NCBI RefSeq assembly: GCF_001194135.2
Contig: NC_069000.1
Span: 18,358,531 to 18,421,876 of the forward strand
Length of the DNA stretch: 63,346 nt
Origin: Octopus bimaculoides
Taxonomy: Eukaryota
Direction: 5' to 3'
Shown here: in pieces, positions 1-12,593 of the stretch
How positions within the stretch are numbered: the stretch's first letter is position 1
Layout: every line of letters begins with the position of its first letter
Program-made: the position numbers and the translations under genes
Notes under the pieces: model-generated
Told to the model about the DNA's origin: nothing
Database searches by the model: none
Seen by the model: the letters and a program-made list of their open reading frames with translations, nothing else

Positions 1-86
1 TTTAATCGACTTGGCTATTCCTACTCTAAAACAAAATTTCAGGCCTTTTGTGTCTAGGAGAAGAAAGGATTAATAAAAAGATGGCA

Positions 87-119
<33 letters not shown>

Positions 120-1189
120 GGGGCCTGGTCGATTAGTTGTGGTGATAGTAGTGAAGTTAAGTGTTTGTGTACATCGAATTAGTTCTGCAATAGGTGGTGA
201 CTATGGAAATTATGTTGCTGTTGGTGGTGATGGTGGCAGTGATGATACGACTAGGGCAGCTGCTGGTGGTGGTGGTGTGTTGTTTGATAATTGAAGTTGT
301 AACATAGTGACAGTAATATTTATTTCCGTGACAATCAATCAATTAACCAACCAGAAAACGAACAAGTATAGAATGAGGAAGAGGCGGAGAGGTGGGAACA
401 CATACAAATACACATGCATACAAACATTCTCCCACCACACACACACACACACACGATAATCCATGCATGCGCCTGCGCACACATAAGCGCGCGCACCCAT
501 ACACACACACACACGTATGCATGCATGCATGCATGCACGGACATACACATGTATTCATTCAGTTTTACACCTGTTCAAAGAAGCGCGTCTGTTTTTTTTT
601 TTTTTCCGTATGCAAGAGGAAGAGGGAGATGGAAGTGAAAGAGAGAAAGAGGAAGAGAGGAAAAGGAGGAGGCAAAGGGAGAAAGAATGTGTGCGGGCGT
701 GTGTTTGTAAAGGCATATGTATGTGTGTGTGAGGTGAGAGAGAGAGAGAGAATGTGCGCGTATGTTTGTACGTACATGTGTGTGTGTGTTTGGTTGCTTG
801 TGTTGTATATGCGTACCTGTGTGCAGGTGAGATAGATAGAGCGAGAGAGTGAGATAAAGAGAGAGAAAGAGACTGAGAGAAAGGCTTGGAGACAGACAGA
901 GACAAAGAGAGAGGTTGGGACTAAGTGTATGTGTCAATGTGTCTTTATATGTGTTTTTCCCGGTTGTCTGTCGCACATAATATTATTGACTGATGTTTGC
1001 GGCCACACCGCATCACTTAGTTTCGTTTTGACATAAACAACCAACATGTGAATGAATAGAAGAAAATCAAATCAACAAAGTTAACAAGAAAGTGATAAAA
1101 AAGATTGAATAATTTCGGTTTCATTCTTAATTGAAGGAAATCATTTTGTTTTGCATTTATTTGGCAAATTATTTCGACAAGAACAAGAC

Positions 1190-1203
1190 ATGTCAGGAGA
1201 ATC
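1190..1203 (+). CDS. KIF28: KIF28-like kinesin-3, coding exon 1 (MSGE-S, 14 nt)
   Basis: ATG TCA GGA GAA TC followed by GTGAGT donor. Phase 2 joins exon 2 (G GTG AAA...) to give MSGESVKVAVRVRPF, the typical kinesin-3 N-terminus. Confidence 0.8.
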
Positions 1204-1317
1204 GTGAGTGAATGTTTTCCTTGTTTATTTTTAACGATAATATCAGTGAAGGGATAGCAAACTATAGTTATACCTTACACACACACACACGTATATGTAT
1301 GTATGTATGTGAGTGTA

Positions 1318-1354
<37 letters not shown>

Positions 1355-2276
1355 TACCTTTTACTTGTTTCAGTCACTAGACGGCAGCCGTCCTGGGGTA
1401 CCGACTTGAAGAATTTTTAGTCGAATAAATCGAGCTCAGTACTTATCTTTTTTAGGCCTGGTACTTGTTCTGTCAGTCTCTTTTGCCGAACAATTAGCTT
1501 AAAAGGACATAAACACACCAACACCGGTTGTCAAGCGATGGGGGGGGGCAAACACAAGCACAAATATATATATAAAAACACATACGATGGGCTTCTTTCA
1601 GTTTTCATCTACCAAATCCACTCACAAGGCTTTGGTTGGTCCAAGTCTATAGTAAAAGAAACTTGCCGAAGGTGGAACCATGTGGTTAGGAAGCAAGCTT
1701 CTTACTACACACCCATGCATGTGCATATATATACATACGTACACACACACACATATGTATACGTGTGTATGTACATGTGTGTATATATATGCCTATATAT
1801 ATATATGTTTTTTCGTGATTTTTCTTGCTTGTTCCTGTTTGAATTGCCTATATATATATATATATATATATATATAATCATAAATATACAGGGATTAGCA
1901 TTGAGTTGCTTCTCCAACATACTGAAAATTTAGAAATAGCAGTCAAAGAACTACTGCTTCTAAACTACAAATTTTTCTCTAAACGGATGGCAATATTTAT
2001 GGCACACATAGAACAAAAAACCGGTTTTTTGTTCTATAAATATTGTGCCATTAATATTGCCATCCATTTAGAGAAAAATTTGTAGTTTAGAAGCAGTAGT
2101 TCTTTGACTGCTATTTCTAAATTTTCAGTATGTTGGAGAAGCAACTCAATGCTAATCCCTGTATATTTATGATGATAAATGGTTTTACCGATAAAGGTTT
2201 TTTTCATACTGAACTACTTGGCAAAATTGTTAATTATTAATTCTATTACTAATTGACGATTCCCTGCCCTTATTCT

Positions 2277-2313
<37 letters not shown>

Positions 2314-2364
2314 GTGCTCCAACTTGACCACATCCACATGGCTGAAGCGAAAATAAAAGAATAT

Positions 2365-2545
2365 ATATTCATATAGTTCTATATTTAAGAGATGAGGAAT
2401 TATGTATATTATTTACATTATTTACATTTGACGGATATTTGTCCTCATCTTGTTTGTTGTTAACTCAACGTTTCAACTGATATACCCTCCAGCCTTCATC
2501 AGTTGTCTTGGGGAAATTTTGAACCTGGGTTCTCATTCCTAAGGT
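2365..2545 (-). mobile_element. Penelope-like element terminal repeat fragment containing a minimal hammerhead-like motif
   Basis: Minus strand reads ...gacaa CTGATGA a ggctg-gagggtatat-cagtt GAAACGTT gagtt... then an AT-rich tail. This matches the minimal hammerheads known from Penelope-like pLTRs; the family call is by recognition only. Confidence 0.6.
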
Positions 2546-2549
2546 ATAT

Positions 2550-2654
2550 TATTATTATTATTCAGTTCACTGAATAATAATAATAACTCGGAATCGAACT
2601 CAGAATCTTGGGGTTAGTAGCCCACGCTCTTAACCCCCTACGCCATATGCCCGG
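2550..2654 (-). mobile_element. Short tRNA-derived SINE with (TAA)n tail
   Basis: A-box TGGCGTAGGGG and B-box GAGTTCGATTCC. There is no acceptor-stem 3' half and it ends in (TAA)n. Confidence 0.7.
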
Positions 2655-3881
2655 TGTATTCATATATGCATGCCTACCATAATTTCCAGAGTTGGGAATG
2701 AGACCAATAAGAGAATCTTCCATAAAAACTTTTAAAATTTTTTCATATTTTTTCTTTTTCAATGCATTCATAATTTTCTTCAAGTTTTCTCAACAACACC
2801 TTTACGTCTTGCAGTACATTTTCACAGGATTTCATTCTTATATAATTGCAATCCGGTTTTGTTCTTCTAGTTTGATATATTTTGTGTTGATATATTTTGT
2901 CATGGCCAGGATCATTTTGTTGAAGAAATAGTGGTGAGCTGGCAGAATCTTTAGCAGTATCTTGTCCGTTTTTACTTTGTGAGTTCAAATTCTGCTGAGG
3001 TCAACTTAGCCTTTCATCCTTTTGGGGTTGATAGAATAATTACCAGTTGATCACTGGGGTCGATGTTATTGACTTAGTCCAGCCCCCTGAAACTTCTGGC
3101 CTTGTGCTAAATTCTAAAATCATTATTTTGACGAAAATGCCAAGCTGTACATGAACAAACCATTAATACATTTCTCCAAAATGATTTCAAACAAAATTGT
3201 TTTATCAATCCTGGCAGTGTTCTTGTATATATGTATATGTAAATGTACCTGCCTTCACCTGACAACCAGTGTTCTTTTGTTTACATCCCTGTAACTTAGT
3301 GGTTCAGCAAAAGAGACCAATAGAATAAATATCAGATTTTTAAATGAAAAAAGGGTTCTTGGAACAAAAGTCTACAAAAGTGTAAAGAATTCTTTCAGTT
3401 ACTAGAGATATTGGCAAAAATTTGCTATTCCAAGATTTTGACACAGTTTTGGTATTATATTTTGTGTTTTATCTTTTAATTTTTACTTGTTTTGATCATT
3501 AGACTGTGACCATGCTTGAGGCACCACCTTGAAGGCTTTGCATGCAAATTTCCTTTTTCCATGTCACAGATGTTGTGTAAGAGAAAAGCCGCCATCTTAA
3601 AAGCCAATGCAGCATGATATCAGTGTCTTCAAAGGTATTGCTGTCAAAATGTAAAGGGGCAGAACAGATATTGCAAGACATTTTATCTGACACTTGAACA
3701 GTTCTGCTAGTATACCACCCTTTGACTGGTTCTTTTCTGTCCATCCTGAAAAGACGAAAGACTAAGTAGTTTATCTCAGCAAGACTTTAACTCAGAGAGC
3801 AGTGAGATTGAACAAATACTGCATGGTAATCTGTTTAATGGTTTATTGACCCTAACCAACTAATTTATTTTACACACACAC

Positions 3882-3912
<31 letters not shown>

Positions 3913-4379
3913 TGTACATATATATACACATATATGAATGTATATGTGTATGTATATGTATGTCTGCGTGTGTACCTGTATCATTATCATCGTCGTCGTC
4001 GTCGTCGTCGTCGTCATTGTTGTTGTCGTCATTCAGCGTCTGCTTACCATGCTGGCATGGATTAAATGGTTTGGCTGAAACTGATAAGCGGGAGACCTGC
4101 ATCAGGTTCCAATCTGATTTGACATGGTTTCTATGGCTGGATGTCCCTCCTAATGTCAACAAATAGTGTAATGGGAGTTTTTTTTTTTATATGCCACTAG
4201 CATGGGTGCCAGTTACATGACACCAGCATTGGCCACAACTACAATTCCACTTTGCTTGACAAGTCTTCTCAAGTAGAGCGTATCAACAAAGGTCTTGGTT
4301 GCTTATCGTTACCTCCACAAGGCCCAACATTCAAAGGGTGCTTTCTGTGTGCCACTGGCATGGGTACATGTTACATTAC

Positions 4380-4573
4380 ACTGGCAATCAGCCATGACTA
4401 CAGTTTCACTTGGCTTAACAGGTCTTCTCAAGCATGGCATATCATCAAAAGTCTCAGTCACTTGTCATTGCCTCTGTGAGGCCCAATATTCAAAGATCAT
4501 GCTCACCACCTCATCCCATGTCTTCTTGGGTCTACCTCTTTCACAGGTTTCCTCCACAGTTAGAGATCAGCAC

Positions 4574-4575
<2 letters not shown>
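4380..4575 (-). mobile_element. RTE-clade LINE, decayed ORF C-terminus
   Basis: Reverse translation ...ETCERGRPKKTWDEVV...(frameshift)...AMLEKTC*AK*. GRPxKTW is typical of RTE ORF ends. A related piece lies at ~57083-57150 (+; MTNDQDLWRYAVLEKTQQAK*). Confidence 0.65.
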
Positions 4576-4613
<38 letters not shown>

Positions 4614-4774
4614 CATCATCATCATCATCGTTTAACGTCTGCCTTCCATGCTAGCATGGGTTGGACGATTTGACTGAGGACTGGTGAAACCGGATGGCAA
4701 CACCAGGCTCCAATCTAATTTGGCAGAGTTTCTACAGCTGGATGCCCTTCCTAACGCCAAACACTCCGAGAGTG

Positions 4775-4810
<36 letters not shown>

Positions 4811-4920
4811 TGCACGTGTGTGCACACACANNNNNNNNNNTGGCAACACCAGGCTCCAATCTAATTTGGCAGAGTTTCTACAGCTGGATGCCCTTCCTAA
4901 CGCCAAACACTCCGAGAGTG

Positions 4921-4956
<36 letters not shown>

Positions 4957-6017
4957 TGCACGTGTGTGCACACACACACACCACCTCCATGGCCCCCCAT
5001 GCTGGTGGCATGTAAAAAGTACCCACTACACTCTCAGAGTGGTTGGTGTTAGCAAAGGCATCCAGCCGTAGAAACCTTGCCAGATCAGATTGAAGCCTGG
5101 TGCAGCCTCCTTACTTGCCAAACTTTAGTGCTGTGAGTTATACCATCCCCATACTGTTCCTAATGCCCCACTCCTCCCATCTAGAGTAATGACCAGGTAC
5201 TGCGATAGTTTAGGGGTTAAAGATTCCACAGCTATTTGATATTTTGTCGAAAAATCCTGAGGAATCTACATGGAGTGGGGATAGAAGCACTTTGATCTTC
5301 TTTTGTCTCAGTTCCCAGATGAATCTACATCACAGCAAGAAAACTTGAAAAGGGGCTGCAATATTAAACTTCCTCCTCCTCCTTCTCCAAAAGTCAACCA
5401 CATGAGAATGGCCATTGAAAAGATAATGATACTGGTAGTGCTCCAGAATGGCCACAGCCTTTGGGCTGAAACACAAAAGAAAGAAAAGAATAAGATAATA
5501 TGCATGTATATAAATCTACATACACATACGTGTGTATAGGTGTGTGTGCATGTGCACGTGCAGGTGCATGTGTGTGTGTATGAGTGTGTATGTGTATGTG
5601 TGGTGTGTGATGGAAGTTGACTCAGTAATGAACATAACAATAGCTTGTTAAAAAAAACTGCCAAACAAAGATGACATTTTATCTCAGGAGATGAATTGCA
5701 GTCTTTCCACAACAATTAATTATATAAATATCTCTTCAGAGAATCATGACAACTGATATTATGTATTAACATTTGTCTTTGCAGACCACCAACGGAAAGA
5801 CAACAACTGTTGCATGATTAGTGGACGGTACATGTATGTGTGCATGTATATGTATGTGCCCACATGCACTTGTGTGTGCTCACATATATGTGTTTATGCC
5901 ACACACATATGTATGTGCATGCATGTGTACAGGTGAATATATGAGAGAAAAAAAGTGAGACGGTATGACAAAGACTAGAAGATAATTTCTTTCATAGCTG
6001 GATACTGACAAACCAGT

Positions 6018-6063
<46 letters not shown>

Positions 6064-6467
6064 TGTAGTGTATTGTCAACTTAATGTGACAATCCCAATA
6101 AGGGAACACACTACTGCCGTTTAGCCCTAGGNNNNNNNNNNNNNNNNNNNNNNNNNNNNNNNNNNNNNNNNNNNNNNNNNNNNNNNNNNNNNNNNNNNNN
6201 NNNNNNNNNNNNNNNNNNNNNNNNNNNNNNNNNNNNNNNNNNATATATATCGATTTAAATGAGAGCTCAAAACTGATCCATTGAAAATACTTTATTATAA
6301 TAAAGCATTTTCAATGGATCAGTTTTGAGCTCTCATTTAAATCGATATAAATACAATAACTCACTTGTGAGTATTTTGCTACGTTTGTTAACAGATACAA
6401 TATTTTTGCCTAATTTTGGTATAAAAATATATATAAATACATATATATATATATGTATTTATATACA

Positions 6468-7388
6468 TGAGGAGGTACCCAAAAGAAACCGGAATTTTGC
6501 AATATTATTTTACTCACTTAGTTTTACATATTTACACTTTTATCACCTTCAAAGTATTATCCATTTGAAGCAATGCATCAGTCTAGATGTGTTTTCCAAT
6601 GTTCGAAGCAGTCCTGCAACTCTTGCGAAGTGACACCTTTGAATGCCTCTGTCACCTTTTTTTTCTCTTCCTCTTGCACATCTCCAAAACGTTTTCCTTT
6701 AAGGACCTTTTTCATTCAGAGGAAAAGAAAAAAGTTGCAGGGAGCAAGATCAACTTCTAATTTTTCTTTCAGTTCACAACATGCATTCAGTCATGACTGC
6801 TTTTGATCTTCCATGAGCGAGAGAGGTGCAAATTTTGCTGCAACTCTTTCCATTCACAATTCCTCACACAAAATTCATTGGCAGGAGCTCCAGGACACAC
6901 TAGTCATATCAACAAGTTCGTCAATTGTTCATTGATAGTCCTCCAAGATCAGTTTATGAATTTTCATGATGTTTTCATTCGTTTGGGGGAAGAGGTGGGG
7001 TCAGTGGTTGCCCTGAATGAGGTTGGTCTTCAAGCGACAAGTGACCATTCCTAAAGCGTGGAAATCACTCGTAAACTTGTGTTTTGTTAATGGCAGCATT
7101 TTTGTAAGCTGTTTGAAGCATGACTACTGTTTCGGCCGCCATTTTCCCCAGTAAAAAACAGAATTTCATGGAAGCATGCTGTTTCTTTGTTTCAGCCATT
7201 GCAAAAATCAACAAATAGAAGCACTGCAAAACAAAGATGCACTATGTGGCAGTACAACATCACCAATGACACTAGTCAGCAGATTGATGCCTAAGGGTTG
7301 CATAAAGTGACTTCTAGTGGCAGAAGCCTGAACTACAATGGGCTTGTCCCACAGAGAATGTTTCTGGTTACTTTTGGGTACATCCTTG
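6468..7388 (-). mobile_element. Internally deleted mariner transposon
   Basis: TIRs GAGGAGGTACCCAAAAGAAACCGGAAT / (rc) AAGGATGTACCCAAAAGTAACCAGAAA in TA-rich flanks. The stop-laden transposase has N-terminus MAETKKQHASMKFCFLLGK and C-terminus DLAPCNFFLF...YFEGDK. Confidence 0.85.
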
Positions 7389-7405
7389 TATATATATATA
7401 TGTAA

Positions 7406-7442
<37 letters not shown>

Positions 7443-8714
7443 CATGATAGAAAATTTCTGCAGTATTTTTCATAAATAGAAAGGGTGTGATCTTGCATGG
7501 TTTACTGCTGTTGTTGTTGGTGTTATTTCTGTTGTTTAGCCACTGGTCAAGCAGACCTATCTTTTATCTTTATCTTTTACTTGTTTCAGTCATTAGACTG
7601 TAGCCATGCTGGGGCACCACCTTGACGAATTTTAGTTGAATGTATCAACCCCAGTACTTATTATTTTATTTATTTTTTTTTTTTTTGTAAAGTCTGGTAC
7701 TTAATCCATTGGTTCTCTTTTGCCAAACTGCTAAGTTATGGGAATGTAAACACACCAATACCATTTGTTAAGCAGTAGTGGGAAACATACAAATACAGAA
7801 ACACACATACACACACACACCTACATATATATATATATATATATATACAACAGGCTTCTTTCAGTTTCTGTCTCCCAACTTCATTCACAAGGCTTTGGTC
7901 AGCCAGAGGCAATAGAAGAAGACACTTGCCCAATGTATCATGCAGTGGGACTGAAATCAGAACCATGTCGTTGGGAAGCAATATTATCAAAGATATTATA
8001 GCTATGGCCACACCATTTTTCGTTTCAGATATGGTGTACTTAGGGCCACATTATCCAATGCCTTAAGATGGGTATGTTGGAATTTGAGGGAGACTAGAAT
8101 GTTATTTCTACAAAGACATAAAAATCAGCATAGGTGCTCCTTCATTGATTTGGGTGATGGTAGAGAAAACTGCTTCTTTGTGTAATGAGTGTATGGTGTT
8201 GAATGAGACAGTCTTCTCATGTCATATATGTATGGTAATACTGTTAAATGTGACTCAGCTATCATGTCACCACAGGAAAATGTGTTCAAGGTCTCTACTT
8301 AGAAGAAAACCTGCACGCATCTGACTTCATCTACCCAAAGCTATGATTACACGGAGCTGTTTATCCAATACTTTTTTAATTATGGCTCCCCACCACCAAC
8401 ACCAGCACCAAACACACGTATACATACACAGACTTGCATACACACAAACATTCACATGCATATGCTTATACACATGTACATACATGCAGTCACAAGCATA
8501 TAAACACCTACACACATACACTCACACACACACAGACATTCGCTCTCTTCTTACCAAACACTGGAACCTTATCTAATAACCGGGTTCCATATTAACTACT
8601 TCAATTACAAACATATATTGATTTCTGGTCACCAGCTGGAATTAAAATGATTGCTATGATAAGGAATCATGTGGATAGGGCAGGATGGGGATCAAGTTAG
8701 AGGCAAGTTTATTA

Positions 8715-8853
<139 letters not shown>

Positions 8854-8887
8854 TACATATACATGCATATGTATTTGTGTGTGTTTG

Positions 8888-8922
<35 letters not shown>

Positions 8923-9692
8923 ATGTATGTATGTATATATATATATGTGTGTGTGTATATATATGTGTGTGTGTGTGTGTAAATATGTATATATACATGC
9001 ATGTGTGTGTGTCTGTCCCCACTCACTGCTTGACTCAATCATTCCTTTCTTCTCTAGCTCATCCACTCTGTCTTTCTGTCTTTAATGTTTGTATCTATAC
9101 ACACATACATACTTACACACATACACATGTACACACACACACATAAACATGCTTGTTATATACTGTATTAATAATTTAGTCTATCTGGCAAAATGCTTAG
9201 CAGCATTTCATCTGTCTTTGCGTTTGGAGTTCAAATTCCGCCAAGGTCAATTTTGTCTTTCATCCTTTCAGGATTAAAGAAATAAATACCAGTTACGTAC
9301 TGGGGTTGATGTAATCAACTAACCCCCCACACCAAAATTTCAGGCCTTGTACCTTGAGTAAAAAGGATTATTAATTTAGTCTCATAAAAGCTGATTCATA
9401 TCACCTAATGTTAAAGAACCTTCCAAGCATAGAAAGGTAAAATTAATAATCATTAGAAAAGGCTGAATGAAAGAGAATAGCTTGGGCCCCCTTCTTTTTT
9501 TTTTTTTTAACTGGAGGTCTGAAAACACCATGTCCTTTTTAAAGAGTAACAGAAATATAGAAAAAAATCTCTGAACTAAAGTCAGAGATGATAAAAAGAA
9601 ATCAGTCAAAACAAGAAAGACTGGCCCTTAAGCCCATTAAAGTTATGATCCCTAGGGTTGTGGTTTTAGTCATTGTCCTATATGCAAACATT

Positions 9693-9763
<71 letters not shown>

Positions 9764-10038
9764 ATACATACACACACATATATGTAAATATGAATATATA
9801 TGTGCGAGTGTGTGTGTGTTTGTGTCTGTCCCCACTTACTGCTTGACAACTGGTGTTGGTGTGTTTATTTCCTCCATAACTTAGCAGTTTGGCTTAAGGG
9901 ATCAACAGAATAAGTATCAGGCTTAAAATGGGATAAGTACTTGGGTCGTTTTATTTGACTAAACTTCTTCAAAGCAGTGCCCCAGCATGGCTAAAGTATA
10001 ATGACTGAAACAAGCAAAAGAATAAAAGATTATATATA

Positions 10039-10073
<35 letters not shown>

Positions 10074-10377
10074 TCATATATACACACACACATACTAACA
10101 CACACATACATATATACACACATANNNNNNNNNNACATACTAACACACACATACATATATACACACATAATGCTCATATGTATATATGTGTGTGTGTGTG
10201 TGTGTGTGTGCAATTGTGAACGTGCTTGTGTGTGTACCTGTGTGTGCATGATAAAATAATACTTCATTATACTTCACATTTAGTTGCTTTTCCTGTCATT
10301 GCTGAGATAATGTTTTCAATTCATTCACTCCATTGGTAAAATACACAGATGTCCTTGCACATATTTATATCAACACA

Positions 10378-10434
<57 letters not shown>

Positions 10435-11147
10435 GCACGTGTACACACATATATGTGATAACGTCAGTGACAGTGATGGAGTTATTGACAGTGTATGCTG
10501 GAAGAGGAGAAGGAGTTCAAATTTTGCTGTGGCTAACTTCAAAGTGCCACTGTATAACCAGATATAGCTCAACGTTCCTGAATTATGAGCAGCATTATCT
10601 TTTTGTGAGCATAGAATATTTGTAGTTTACATCAGTTTTACTTTGTTGTTGCATATATTATCAAAGACCTGAAATGGAATACATAATTGATAGCTTCAGG
10701 TTCATTACACTGTTATATACAGCATTAAAGATTTTGGAAAAGTTGCTCAAGGTCTGGTTCAGATTGAACTTCTGGATGGAGAGGTGGTGAGTAAGATAGC
10801 AAATCTCACTCAGAAATATGCTGAGAGGAAACTGTACCTGGAAAGCCAGGCAATATTAGCCAACTTTAATATTGTTTTGATGATATACCACTGTCTGGCT
10901 ATCATGTCTTATCTCAGGAAACATCTTTCACTCTTTTACTCTTTTACTTGTTTCAGTCATTTTACTGTGGCCATGCTGGAGCACCGCCTTTAATCGAGCA
11001 AATCGACCCCAGGACTTATTCTTTGTAAGCCTAGTACTCATTCTATCGGTTTCTTTTGCCGAATCGCAAAGTTACACGGACCTAAACACACCAGCATCGG
11101 TTGTCAAGGGATGTTGGTGGGACAAACACAGACACACAAACATATAC

Positions 11148-11218
<71 letters not shown>

Positions 11219-12172
11219 NNNNNNNNNNNNNNNNNNNNNNNNNNNNNNNNNNNNNNNNNNNNNNNNNNNNNNNNNNNNNNNNNNNNNNNNNNNNNNNNNN
11301 NNNNNNNNNNNNNNNNNNNNNNNNNNNNNNNNNNNNNNNNNNNNNNNNNNNNNNNNNNNNNNNNNNNNNNNNNNNNNNNNNNNNNNNNNNNNNNNNNNNN
11401 NNNNNNNNNNNNNNNNNNNNNNNNNNNNNNNNNNNNNNNNNNNNNNNNNNNNNNNNNNNNNNNNNNNNNNNNNNNNNNNNNNNNNNNNNNNNNNNNNNNN
11501 NNNNNNNNNNNNNNNNNNNNNNNNNNNNNNNNNNNNNNNNNNNNNNNNNNNNNNNNNNNNNNNNNNNNNNNNNNNNNNNNNNNNNNNNNNNNNNNNNNNN
11601 NNNNNNNNNNNNNNNNNNNNNNNNNNNNNNNNNNNNNNNNNNNNNNNNNNNNNNNNNNNNNNNNNNNNNNNNNNNNNNNNNNNNNNNNNNNNNNNNNNNN
11701 NNNNNNNNNNNNNNNNNNNNNNNNNNNNNNNNNNNNNNNNNNNNNNNNNNNNNNNNNNNNNNNNNNNNNNNNNNNNNNNNNNNNNNNNNNNNNNNNNNNN
11801 NNNNNNNNNNNNNNNNNNNNNNNNNNNNNNNNNNNNNNNNNNNNNNNNNNNNNNNNNNNNNNNNNNNNNNNNNNNNNNNNNNNNNNNNNNNNNNNNNNNN
11901 NNNNNNNNNNNNNNNNNNNNNNNNNNNNNNNNNNNNNNNNNNNNNNNNNNNNNNNNNNNNNNNNNNNNNNNNNNNNNNNNNNNNNNNNNNNNNNNNNNNN
12001 NNNNNNNNNNNNNNNNNNNNNNNNNNNNNNNNNNNNNNNNNNNNNNNNNNNNNNNNNNNNNNNNNNNNNNNNNNNNNNNNNNNNNNNNNNNNNNNNNNNN
12101 NNNNNNNNNNNNNNNNNNNNNNNCATCACCATCACCATCACCATCACCATCACCATCACCATCATCATCATT

Positions 12173-12485
12173 TATTGTCTTTGCACAGCTTCTAACGCTG
12201 GAGATGTACTACGGTGCCAGCTGTTCACTACCAGTGAACTAAGGTAACATCCCTTATTTTATGAACACCATCTGGAGTATTCGAGCAGTTCCAAGCAGTG
12301 CTGTTTTCTTCAAGTGCTCCACCCTTATTGCAGCCCCTATTTGTTCCATATACTTCTCCCGATTTTTACCCACTGTTCACAGGGCTCTGACAATTATTAG
12401 TATTACTACCACCTTTTTCATCGACCACAACTGCTTAACCTCCCAAGCTAACCTGTCATATCTATCGGCTTTTCTTTCTTCCTTA
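12173..12485 (-). mobile_element. R4/Dong-type (RLE) non-LTR retrotransposon 3' fragment
   Basis: Reverse translation ADRYDRLAWEVKQLWSMKKVVVILIIVRAL*TVGKNREKY...VEHLKKTALLGTARILQMV resembles the C-terminal restriction-like endonuclease. It abuts a (TTA)n tract. Confidence 0.75.
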
Positions 12486-12554
12486 TTTCTATTATTATTA
12501 TTATTATTATTATTTATTATTATTATTATTATATAAATATTTCCTCTGTTACAG

Positions 12555-12593
12555 GGTGAAAGTTGCAGTACGTGTCCGCCCATTCAACCAACG
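12555..12593 (+). CDS. KIF28: KIF28-like exon 2 (VKVAVRVRPFNQ-R)
   Basis: ttcctctgttacAG acceptor and GTAAGT donor. Encodes the kinesin beta-1 motif; 39 nt, phase 2-2. Confidence 0.95.

Noticed and set aside
815-835. CAG|GTGAGA donor, possibly an upstream 5' UTR exon
   Set aside because: It lies in microsatellite sequence with no supporting acceptor or promoter evidence.
91-976. Many overlapping ORFs (poly-CV, HT, ER, LS)
   Set aside because: These are translations of CA/GA microsatellites. The same applies to similar ORFs throughout the window.
2550-2654. tRNA gene candidate with an ACT-like anticodon loop
   Set aside because: The anticodon stem is poor, the acceptor-stem 3' half is missing and it ends in (TAA)n, so it is a SINE head.
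4697-4980. Apparent exact tandem duplication around a 10-N gap (also ~10075-10165 and ~48858-48967)
   Set aside because: Identical sequence on both sides of a minimal gap indicates unmerged overlapping contig ends, an assembly artefact.
11101-12247. Long ORFs of 200-420 aa containing X runs (also at ~20.2, 33.5, 35.1, 40.5, 54.6, 57.4 and 60.4 kb)
   Set aside because: They are open only because N gaps contain no stop codons.
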